The notes under the pieces were generated by a model that saw only the letters and a program-made list of their open reading frames with translations, did no database searches and was not told the DNA's origin. A stretch of 64,000 nt of DNA from Diadema antillarum (lineage: Eukaryota), in contig NW_027271225.1 in the NCBI RefSeq assembly GCF_040938485.1, positions 124,001 through 188,000 of the forward strand, given 5' to 3'. A program made the position numbers and the translations under genes. How positions within the stretch are numbered: the first letter of the stretch is position 1; each line of letters begins with the position of its first letter. Positions 54,775 to 64,000 of the stretch are shown here, one piece after another.

Positions 54775-55069
54775 CTCCATGTTCGTAGATAATGTTGCCA
54801 ATGACACCAAACAAACGAGATGACAGTCAAACCAGATATAGTGTCCACATTTCAAGAATATTACTGGTAAAGATAGGAAAAACACGTAACATTTCGTAAG
54901 AGCGCGTAATACAAGCCTTTGACAGAATAATGTAATACCTTCAAATCCATTTTCATTCATCGTCATCATCATCAATATCGATAATCATGTAAGTGGCAAT
55001 ACAGATCCGTTCCATGCTCACTGATGCTTGCGACAAGTTACAAATGATTTTTTTTTTACTTATTTTCTA

Positions 55070-55091
55070 TTTATTACTACTAGTATTTATT
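55070..55091 (-). terminator. Candidate polyadenylation signals (two AATAAA) for the ENPP-like mRNA
   Basis: tttatt on + at 55070-55075 and 55086-55091, about 0.8 kb past the stop codon. The motif is common in AT-rich DNA. Confidence 0.3.
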
Positions 55092-55857
55092 TTTGTTTGG
55101 CCACATTGCCAATCTATTCAATGATTCCAAAAGCAAGATAGTTATCAACCGTACTATATACGTACCAGGTAATCAGCTTTATTGTATAATGGAATGAAAA
55201 TCACTACAGTAATGTTGGCATGACGTTACAGGAAAAAACAAACAAACGGACAATAAGATAACATATGTACATTAGTTAAAACGAATGCAGTATAGTTTCG
55301 ATTTTTTTTTTCAATGACTCTTGCTGCAACTATGAACCGATGCCAGTGAGAATGTGCCGTTTTGACATCTGGTCGAATTGATATTATAATGACATAAAGT
55401 ATAATAAAAGTGTAAGGAGGTTACCACATGGAATGCCTCAAAGGAAATTATTTGTATGGGCTACCACAATAGTGTTCCGACATCGGTTGATATTGATTTT
55501 ATAGTCGTAAACCAATATATAGCATGCAGTACTTATCTTTTTAAGTAAAATGAAGTAATTACACAAGATGAAATGTAGCTAAACGTACTTTTAGTGATAA
55601 CCACAAATTATCATGACTGAAACATTTTGAGTCTTCTATTTTTTTTCTTTTAGTACTCTCTACAAAGATCTAGAACATGCGGGGTGACATTAAAAGTCGT
55701 ATCCCAGTTGGGATGACTTTGAAAATCACCTCGTCTGTGGCCATTTCAGAATCACGTAGGGCACGAGTTAACCATGTGCCCTTAACCATTATATCCGACT
55801 TGGGACAACGTCACAATGAGTATCTGCCTCCTAATTAGATACAATGTATTTTAATTT

Positions 55858-56022
55858 TTACGTCCATAGCATGGACGCCGTTCCCGCCTTCTGTAAGGCG
55901 ATGTCTTGTCTGTAGTTTGAGTTGTCAGACCTCGACCACGTGGGGAAGAAATAGAGACCGGTGATTCGTTCTACGTCCTGGAGACTGGCTCGATGCGCCA
56001 TCAGATACTCGTCCATACTCAT
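55858..56022 (-). CDS. ENPP: ENPP-like terminal coding exon (stop TAA)
   Basis: ccttccctag acceptor. Translates MSMDEYLMAHRASLQDVERITGLYFFPTWSRSDNSNYRQDIALQKAGTASMLWT*, matching L.LHRARI.DVEHITGLSF. Confidence 0.93.
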   Translation of the reverse strand: MSMDEYLMAHRASLQDVERITGLYFFPTWSRSDNSNYRQDIALQKAGTASMLWT

Positions 56023-56796
56023 CTAGGGAAGGAGAGAATGAATAGAGGCATAATGATAAAATCAGCTAAAGGACTGGAGGATGTAACAACTTCAATACTG
56101 AAAGAGAATACACTGTATATTGTACAGTGACGTTGGTTTACATCGTATTCTCGTGTTGGTATTGCGTTATGTTAACACTGTAGAAAACAATATCAACAGC
56201 TTTCAACACCCCGCTGTGTACAGAATCTGACAGCAACATTTTAACACTTGAATGACACAATGTGCGTTTGGAGCACGGGACGATGGTAAGCTGCACAAAG
56301 AAAACTTTTTTTTTTTTTGAATGTGACGTGGAGAAAAAAAAGACAACTGCCGCATTTTTATGTCTACTCCACATCCAGAACGTGTAACAACAGACTTGAA
56401 TATAAACTTTATCATTCTGATGAACTTTGACCATGGAAAATGAACTCAGGTAGCACTATGAATTGTCAAATAAATAAATTGATAGTAGTAGTAGCAGTAG
56501 TACATGTAGTAGTAGTAGTAGTACAGTAGTAGTATTTATGATAATAATAAATATGGTGTAAAGATGTCTCGAGTGTATCTCTGACTGCTACTTGGCTCGC
56601 ATCTGGAGCACTCGGTACATAATTATTTTCACAAAGGAGTCTTGATGATAACTTGAACTTGACTCAAGGACGGATGGACGCCATTAATTTGCACATGGTC
56701 CTATTTCCACTGGGCAGAACAAATAAGTGTTGCTAATGTTATGTTATTAAAGCGTGACAGTCAAAATATTTATTCGGTATTACGATGATGTCATAC

Positions 56797-56950
56797 CTGG
56801 CAGGGACGACCCAGGTTGTTGTGTGGCAGTATAAACGCCATGATTTCCACATCCGAAGGCAAACACGACCTCACCTCCGTACGATTAGCACACCGTGAGG
56901 CGACGACGAAGTAGTGTGATGGGACCACCGTAGGACCAGCCCAGGTCATT
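56797..56950 (-). CDS. ENPP: ENPP-like penultimate exon
   Basis: gtttgatcag acceptor and GTATGA donor. Translates (A)MTWAGPTVVPSHYFVVASRCANRTEVRSCLPSDVEIMAFILPHNNLGRPCQ, matching IPTHFFIVLTSC.......C...D.LAFILPH......SC. Confidence 0.93.
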
Positions 56951-57444
56951 CTGATCAAACAAATCGAACCAAAATCTGTGACTGTCTGGAAATTTGTATA
57001 ATTCATATGCAGTCGCTGGATGCAGGATGGTGTTAACAACTGCATGTTATGGTTCCTACCAAGCACAGAGCCATCCTATTGGTTGAACAGTGGAACTGAT
57101 TTGGCATCAAAATTTGTGGATGTTGAACTGCAATAATGAATCTATATACAGAAAATTCTTTCCGATTAGTCTTTTACTTTCATGTCTGTCTTTCTATCAT
57201 CACAATTCAATGTCACAATCCCAGTGCTGGATGAAAAGTTTAGATGGATAATTGTTAAGATGCTGCAAGAAGATTGCCCGTGATTTTTCCACATTTGTAT
57301 GAACGACTTAAACTTTCCTCAAGGAACTCATAAACGATGGTGCTCACTTTAAACCAGATGTTTCAACACGTTTGGAATATCGGTACAGTAATGAGTGATT
57401 GTCTATTGAAATGATGGGTTTGTTGTTTTACTTGGTAAACTTAC

Positions 57445-57577
57445 GCTTTGGCCATGGTGGAAGGACTGTCAACCACGCCATTGTGATCGAGGTCGTAGAC
57501 GGGTCCCTGAACGATGTTGATGTTGGCAGAAATGCTCGTCCAGGCAGAATACTTACTCACCAACTGACTCCAAATTT
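57445..57577 (-). CDS. ENPP: ENPP-like exon with Ca2+-binding DxDxxG loop
   Basis: ctttctgcag acceptor and GTAAGT donor. Translates (E)IWSQLVSKYSAWTSISANINIVQGPVYDLDHNGVVDSPSTMAK, matching IW....L.KY.....GVNVVSGPVFDFDYDG..DS. Confidence 0.93.
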
Positions 57578-57902
57578 CTGCAGAAAGACATAACGTTTAT
57601 GATTATCAAACAAAATCTGATTACAGCGTATTGGGATAACTAACTAATGTATATCAAGAATAATCATTTGCACACATTTGTATTTCTCTTCAGTAAACGT
57701 TCATTCATTTGCTAACTGACCTCTGCAACCTGCAATACATGTTACTGCACGCGGAGTGAAAACATAGCAAAAACTCCAAGCGTGAAAATGTTTCTTTTAA
57801 TGAACGTACACGTAATGACCTACAATTATACGTTCATATGAGTATAAAAGCCGCAAACGCGACAGAGATGATTGTGTAGGCGTACACTTCTCTTCAACTC
57901 AC

Positions 57903-57977
57903 CTGATTCAAACATGGAGTACTGAGGTACGATGTTTGATGAGACGATAGATTCGTCGGGTTTTCCAACGGCTGCAG
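57903..57977 (-). CDS. ENPP: ENPP-like exon, nuclease-like domain
   Basis: ccttactcag acceptor (an in-phase alternative AG lies 6 nt downstream) and GTGAGT donor. Translates (T)AAVGKPDESIVSSNIVPQYSMFES, matching EALLTTNIVPMYQSF. Confidence 0.9.
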
Positions 57978-58800
57978 CTGAGTAAGGAATGAAAATTATA
58001 ATCATAATAAACATGAGACTATTCAGCAAACAAATAATTGTAAATGTATCATCCATCTATGTAGAGGTGAGAGTGTTACAGAGCAATATTATCATGGATT
58101 TGCGATATACACGTGTATAAGCGTTGATTGAAAGATCGGATCACCTAAACATGAAGTAGAGATTGAAACTTGCTGAAGTTTAGTTTCACATTAAACTCGC
58201 CGCAGAACAATTTCAAAACGGCACCTGTCACAAGCTAGACTACATAATCCAGGGATGATATGAGCAGCGATATGATGTTAAACTTGATGTTTATTACAGT
58301 TCCAAGGGATACATATTGATGATGATGCGTGCTGAAGACATAAGTCCTGTGGACTATTCACCACTCTGTCGTGACGAGCATGAAATCATCTTCAGTAATA
58401 TGGCTCTATATATACTATTGGGAGCACATCCCATCACGACATAGACAACATAATTTTCAAGGAGACAAAAACAAACAAACAAATTGTCACATGAATTAAG
58501 TTTTAGTCTAATACATGTATGTAATTTGCAAACGCAAATTCTTTTGTAAGTAACTTGGCAACTGGTTGAGGAAAAGATCATGTACCAACAACACATGTAC
58601 GGTGCCGGTATATAAAATCAAGGAGGTGGAAAGAGAGGTTTCCAAACACCTCAGTCATTGAAAGTAACACTGATGGTCACTTGATGTTTTCATTCGGGAG
58701 CTTACTAGGTGTATTGAGTGTGCCGTTACAAGTAATTTCCAAGGGTTTCTTCTTATATAGAGACCCAATACATTTGGGTGCAATAAGGTGGTAATCTTAC

Positions 58801-58936
58801 TCGGCTGGAGGAGGTACGACTGTTTGATGTTAAGCGCCACGTCTCCTGACGTGTACGTCAAACAGCGTGGGTTCTCGTCCATCGCCAACCTCGTGTCGAC
58901 CAACACACAGCCCGACGGATGGAGTCCTGGGAAAAA
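58801..58936 (-). CDS. ENPP: ENPP-like exon, nuclease-like domain
   Basis: cactttcag acceptor (phase 0) and GTAAGA donor. Translates FFPGLHPSGCVLVDTRLAMDENPRCLTYTSGDVALNIKQSYLLQP, matching C...D.R......C..Y.....YGFL.PP. Confidence 0.88.
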
Positions 58937-59633
58937 CTGAAAGTGGAAGAGGAATACAAGTTGACTGAAAATGAAATTACTTCGCCAGGGATGCCAAGTT
59001 CAAAATTTTTTTATGAGTGAGATTTTCATGAATCGGCATCTCGGCGAGTGAATGTGCGCACAAGCGAGGGTGTGGGAGGGGCTTTTCACCCCTGTGGCCT
59101 CCTACGGTAGGGAGCTTTTTCAATTTTTAGCTCTTAATGATGTGATCAGGTGCATACTTAAGTGACTATTTTTTACTTATTTTGAAAGACGAAAGGAAAA
59201 TAAATATTATACCTTCAATTGCAACTATCATTTTAATCTTTTGAGCTATGTTCATTATTAAAGGCCCAAGTTGCAGATCGTGAGATCTAAATGCTTGAGT
59301 CTCGCGCAGAATGCGTGAGACTTGGTAGCTCTGCTTCACTAATATATGGAGTAAAGACACAATCAACTAATATTTCAGAAAATGTAAGTTAAAAAACATT
59401 TCTGTAATAATAATAATGATAATAATAACAATGATGATAAATAACACTTATAAAGCGCATAATATTGACGTTTCTAATTGTTGTAGGCCGATAATAATTA
59501 TATTTCTCAGGACAGTGATTGAGCAGTCGTAGTTGCCTAATGTAGGCCTAAATTCTGATTAGGTGATAATGCCAATTTGCAGTTGATACAGTATCATAAA
59601 AGCTAGTTGAACACATCTTCATTTCAGACTCAC

Positions 59634-59788
59634 ATTAGATGCTAGTGTGACCGAGACGTATTTACTAATGACCAGAGTTCTGTCATAGGCCGTCACGTAA
59701 GACGTGTGATACAGCTTACAAACCGACCCGGAACCTGGGCTGGCTGACTCCAGGATCTCTGGCGGCCCGAAGGGTACGTGCTGCTGGA
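59634..59788 (-). CDS. ENPP: ENPP-like exon, start of nuclease-like domain
   Basis: ctctcttcag acceptor and GTGAGT donor. Translates (V)QQHVPFGPPEILESASPGSGSVCKLYHTSYVTAYDRTLVISKYVSVTLASN, matching HETLPYGRPRVL...CLL...GYS...W.SYTV. Confidence 0.9.
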
Positions 59789-59970
59789 CTGAAGAGAGAG
59801 GACGAAAACAACCAGTAAATGAGAAATAGAAATGACATGCGTCTTGGTTCGGATGTGATTAATTGTGACGTCTTTTTCATAGGAAAACATTTCTTTCTTA
59901 AAGAAATATACAGCGAATGAAATACACTGTACTTTATTAAAAAATTGGAGTCAACTGCATGACACCTTAA

Positions 59971-60361
59971 AGGGATGGTATAGTTTTGGTGAAGATGGAG
60001 ATTCACATGCTAACTTTTTGTGAGATGATTAGAAACCACTGATATTATGTGAAATATTAAGAGCATACAATTTTAAAAGGAATTAAAAGTTTATTTGAAG
60101 AAAGTCTGTTTGAAATGGCTGAGAAGAAAAAAAAAAGGAAAGCAAAACAAAGTTGTCTTATAAAAAGGTGGGTCCCACCTATTACTAGGACTACTTTGTT
60201 TTTGGATATCTCCGCCATTTTAAAACCGATTTTCATCAAATAAACTTTGAATTCCTGCCAGAATTGTATGCTCTTCAATATTTCATATAAGTGGTTTCTA
60301 ATTATCTCACAAGAAAGTTAAAATCTGAATTTCCGATCTCAACAACTACTATACCATCCCT
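59971..60361. mobile_element. Kolobok-like MITE in an ENPP intron
   Basis: ttaa|AGGGATGGTATAGT...ACTATACCATCCC(T) with TTAA at the right end. Confidence 0.65.
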
Positions 60362-60644
60362 TAAAAAAATGAAGTATAATGTCAAATCAATTCCAATCTC
60401 AGGATGATACAGCTGTATTTTATACCAACGTGAAGGGATTAATGATATGCTCTTAGAGTGTAACGCAAAATAAACACTGTACATGTGTACTTCCTATCGA
60501 TCGGAAAAAAGTCAGAGAGAACAAAGCCCAGATTCCTTAACACTGCATGCAACATTAATTTCCCATCTATGTGAGTCATGTGTGTGAAATTTGGGCATAT
60601 TAGACTCAGTGACACAGAATGAGTTAAGGGTAAAGCTGACGCAC

Positions 60645-60881
60645 CTGTGCTTTCCGTAGTAGAAAGGGCAATGTTGATGCGTTCCGTTACAGGAACCGTG
60701 CTCGAGCACGTACATCCCAGTTCGTTCATGTAGTTATCAATGCTCACAGATGCAACGTACGGACACGTGCCCTCCGAGGCGAAGGCCATAGAAGGGACGG
60801 GGAAGGTCCCCGCATTTCTTAGCAGGCTGTTCAGACCACCCTCCGTACCATTGTGGAGCTCTGGTGTTAAACCCAAAATTT
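60645..60881 (-). CDS. ENPP: ENPP-like exon, linker (lasso loop) between catalytic and nuclease-like domains
   Basis: ctgtcaag acceptor and GTGCGT donor. Translates (K)ILGLTPELHNGTEGGLNSLLRN...GTCPY...LGCTCSS...TEST, matching [22 protein letters not shown] and LGCSC. Overlaps ORF-track entry 60439..60876. Confidence 0.93.
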
Positions 60882-61439
60882 CTTGACAGGTGGAATAGGA
60901 AAAAAAAAGACGAAAATATTAATAGATTGAAAAAAAAAACAAGAGTAAATGATAACAATCATTATGACGACATCGATAATAATTACAAAGATAGTAATGT
61001 TTCAACTGCTTACAAATACTAGCGACGGTTGGTAGAATAACAAAAATTCACTAAGCTAAGGTCAACTGGAATAGGAGAACATGTTTGTCCAAGCATATTT
61101 CGTTGACCCTTGGTCAAAAACCAATAGTTTCTGGCGATATATGTAAAAAAATGACATCAAAATCTTTGCTGCTTTACTTGATAATACTTGATGGTCGTGT
61201 AAGATGGCGCTCATGTCACATCAATGTTACCTACTTGTTGAGCTAGAATAGACAGATGAATACAGTCATTTTGAGTAACAACCCAAAAAAGCCTCACATT
61301 GTGATCTACACTCCTCGCCGTTATCTCTCGTTGTTACACTAACATAGTCTTATTTTTTTACAGATGAAAAGCTACACATCATGACTGATATAACTTTGTA
61401 ATATTGACTGCTATTCAATATTCGTATTCGAATACATAC

Positions 61440-61527
61440 TCGTCATCATGTTGTAAATGTCGATGTTGTTGAAGTCTCGTACGCGATGGTTAACTTTGAA
61501 ATTATTTCCGAAACCGACGAAGACCCC
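61440..61527 (-). CDS. ENPP: ENPP-like exon, end of catalytic domain
   Basis: ttcgtttcag acceptor and GTATGT donor. Translates GVFVGFGNNFKVNHRVRDFNNIDIYNMMT, matching ALFVGYGPGFK...FENIEVYNLMC. Confidence 0.93.
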
Positions 61528-61898
61528 CTGAAACGAACAAACAAACATACAGATATACAAGTAGGAAGATGTTGCCAGCTGCTTTGGACCTGGTCGAGGT
61601 AATTTCCACACTGGTCTCCACATCGCCTAAAAGCTGGTGCACACGTTAGTAACGACCTTGTCCTTTCCCTGATTGCAGACCTTTATTCAAAATGTACAGA
61701 TGACATCTGGCACCATTATGTCAAAATGACTTCAAATCGAACTTAGTTTTTTATTTTCACAATTTTTCTCTTCAAACTGATCTGTCATGACATGCAAGGA
61801 CACAACTACTTTTTGCTTCATAATACCTTTATCCGTATCATAATATCATTGTCGTCTTTACTTTCTGTCAGTGTGTCTGTCATATTCAATATATTAAA

Positions 61899-62043
61899 CA
61901 GGGGCGGATCCACGATTCCGTAAAGAGGGGGCGCGTTTACAAAATTCCCCCATTTTTTCTTTTTATTTCTTTTGTTTCAACAAAAAATAAAGAGGGGGGG
62001 GGGGGGCGTGCGCCGGTTGCGGTCCTCCCTGGATCCGCCACTG
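61899..62043. mobile_element. GCGGATCC short MITE in an ENPP intron (TSD ttaaa/ctaaa)
   Basis: CAGGGGCGGATCC...GGATCCGCCACTG; inverted relative of 54637-54774. Confidence 0.75.
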
Positions 62044-62208
62044 CTAAATGTCTTTCTGGTGGGACTATACAGTACACTTTCATGGTATGATGATAAATTT
62101 GGTGTTTATCGTGAATAGTACATAGTAAATGATAAACTAGATAACTCTTGAAGTGAATTGCTAATAAAGCTTAACTGTTTGAGTGTAATATGTTTATCAA
62201 GTTCTTAC

Positions 62209-62284
62209 CTCCATTCCGTAGGCCACCGTATCATAACCGTTGCTGGCGTGTTGGCAAAACAGTTGGCTGTAATCAGTGCTTTCT
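62209..62284 (-). CDS. ENPP: ENPP-like exon containing the GxHGYDN-equivalent motif (here ASNGYDT)
   Basis: attgcag acceptor and GTAAGA donor. Translates (R)ESTDYSQLFCQHASNGYDTVAYGME, aligning to ENPP1 KYCGSGFHGSDNVFSNMQ. Confidence 0.88.
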
Positions 62285-62574
62285 CTGCAATAGGGCATGA
62301 GTGGGAAAAATAACATTTTTCATTTTTTTCTTTGACCATGACAATAATTCAACTTTGCGACGATGTTAAGTTTTTGTCGACGACAAAATGTTAGATCCAC
62401 CGCCATTTAATATAACTATTTTAGTATTACCAAAGTGTCTTTCCCCTTCCCCACCCCCTCTCTTCCTATTTCGTCGTCTGGTCTTCCTAGTCTTTCTACC
62501 TGCACTGTCCAATACAAACTGGTAGGGGCCTACTAATAGTTCAGTATCAAACCTGGGTCATAATGTACACGAAG

Positions 62575-62746
62575 NNNNNNNNNNNNNNNNNNNNNNNNNN
62601 NNNNNNNNNNNNNNNNNNNNNNNNNNNNNNNNNNNNNNNNNNNNNNNNNNNNNNNNNNNNNNNNNNNNNNNNNNNNNNNNNNNNNNNNNNNNNNNNNNNN
62701 NNNNNNNNNNNNNNNNNNNNNNNNNNNNNNNNNNNNNNNNNNNNNN
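62575..62746. other. Assembly gap (N run) within an ENPP intron
   Basis: Ns in sequence. Confidence 1.
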
Positions 62747-63137
62747 AAATATTTCTGTCTTTCATATAAATGCTCTGGATCGAATATATGAAATATGCAG
62801 TAATCGAATCAAAATAGATATTAAACCATAAATTATAAACGTAGTGCGAAATTAGAACCAATCACTATTTTTTTTTCTTATCATGGCTACAACTGAAAGC
62901 ACTGAATAATCGGTGATTATTTTGATAGGCAGATGAAGTTCAAATTCGTCAAATCAGTTGTCATAGGCACATTTTGTTGAAAATGATATATCCCATGCCT
63001 AAGGGGGAATTACTAGTACTACACTGAATATTTATTTTATCTATATTATACCCTACGTTCAAAGCCCCCTCCCGCTCTTCAAAATCACAATAGTCGCCTG
63101 CTAATCATAATGCATTTCGACAGACAGGGAGAAGAAA

Positions 63138-63477
63138 GGGGTGCAAATCAAGAGACCGACACCCACGAGTTATACAGCCCACGAGTCATAGAGCTCACGA
63201 GTCATACAGCCCACGAGTCATAAAGCTCATGAGTCATACAGCCCATGAGTTATACAGCTCACGAGTCGTACAGCAGATGAGTTCGACACTAAGCTAAACA
63301 GGACCACGAGACCGACCCATTAAGGCCCGTGTTGTATCTGTCGAACTCGTGGGCTGTTTTTACCTAGTGTCGAACTCATGGGCTGTATGATTCGTGAGCT
63401 GTGTGACTCATGGACCTCTTTTCAATGTCGAACTCGTGGGCTGTATGACTTGTGTGTGTGTCTTGTTGGATGACCCC
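63138..63477. mobile_element. MITE-like element with 16-bp subterminal tandem repeats in an ENPP intron
   Basis: Seven units of C(C/T)CA(C/T)GAGT(C/T)ATACAG at 63162-63273 and inverted copies at ~63345-63450; imperfect GGGG...CCCC termini. Confidence 0.55.
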
Positions 63478-63534
63478 GAAGAAAGGTGTGGAGTCAGTTC
63501 AACATCGTTTATAAGATCATCAGCTTAATCTTAC

Positions 63535-63659
63535 CGTGCAAAGGAGAAGCCGCTCTTCATGAGTACGTACACATCATCAGGCACATGTTCGTAGGAGTAG
63601 TGGAAACGAGTCGGCAGCTCATGACGCATGAAGACTGAGCCTTTGTCCGAGAACTTACA
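63535..63659 (-). CDS. ENPP: ENPP1/2/3-like phosphodiesterase, first exon visible in window (catalytic domain, C-terminal part); gene continues beyond the right edge
   Basis: ctctcaccag acceptor and GTAAGA donor. Translates CKFSDKGSVFMRHELPTRFHYSYEHVPDDVYVLMKSGFSFA, matching the ENPP segment C..PNQHFKPYLKHFLPKRLHF (recalled family sequence). Ends in phase 2, matching the next exon. Confidence 0.9.
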
Positions 63660-64000
63660 CTGGTGAGAGAGGACAAGATTATCAAGATATTGTAAATATG
63701 GGGTGGCTGAATAGCAATTTAAGAATTACCTAACCTTGCTGAGTGAGCTTTTAGAGATCCAAACTGATGATGGAGTAATCCTGCTCTAGTAATTACGCCC
63801 ATGGTTTCTTTTGTCATGGCTACTACTATAGCAAGGAGACAAATGCAACGCATATATGTTGTTTGTTTTTTACTTATACACCATCTTTTCTGATCGGCGA
63901 AACAGGGACGTGTCATCATGATTGTATCGTCATCTTAAGTACGATTATAAATTTCTCAGATTTTTGTTGCTTTATTAGAACAGCAGCAGTGTCATTGGTT

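Noticed and set aside
57561-57577. 17-nt microexon ending at an internal GTGAGT
   Set aside because: The reading frame continues through it with ENPP similarity to the true donor at 57444.
59720-59788. Shorter exon using the GTAAGC donor at 59719
   Set aside because: ENPP similarity (CKLYH...YVSVTL) continues to the GTGAGT donor at 59633, which gives the correct phase.
28365-62861. ORFs spanning N runs
   Set aside because: Artefacts of assembly gaps.

Overview
AT-rich animal genomic DNA from a gapped assembly (three N runs). The repeat landscape suggests a marine invertebrate deuterostome such as an echinoderm; this is inference. The right end (55858-63659, minus strand) holds the last 10 coding exons of an ENPP-family (ENPP1/2/3-like) ectonucleotide pyrophosphatase/phosphodiesterase. 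All have GT-AG boundaries and consistent phases, and the 5' part lies beyond the window. The His of its GxHGYDN zinc-binding motif is replaced by Asn, although the structural cysteines are kept. At 49563-49669 (minus) is a tRNA-Phe(GAA) gene, canonical except for a 34-nt hairpin-containing insertion at T-loop position 58/59; it has an upstream TATA-like element, a poly-T terminator and a partial bulge-helix-bulge geometry, and is the most unusual object found. The left ~47 kb has no protein I can identify. It looks CpG-poor, contains a few minus-strand exon-like segments, and is dense in non-autonomous DNA transposons (Kolobok-, Sola-, Harbinger-, piggyBac-, Tc1/pogo- and hAT-like MITEs), including nested insertions, a 290-bp foldback and a 2.8-kb element carrying a ~71-bp tandem array. 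Short palindromes such as TACATGTA and TAGGCCTA are over-represented.
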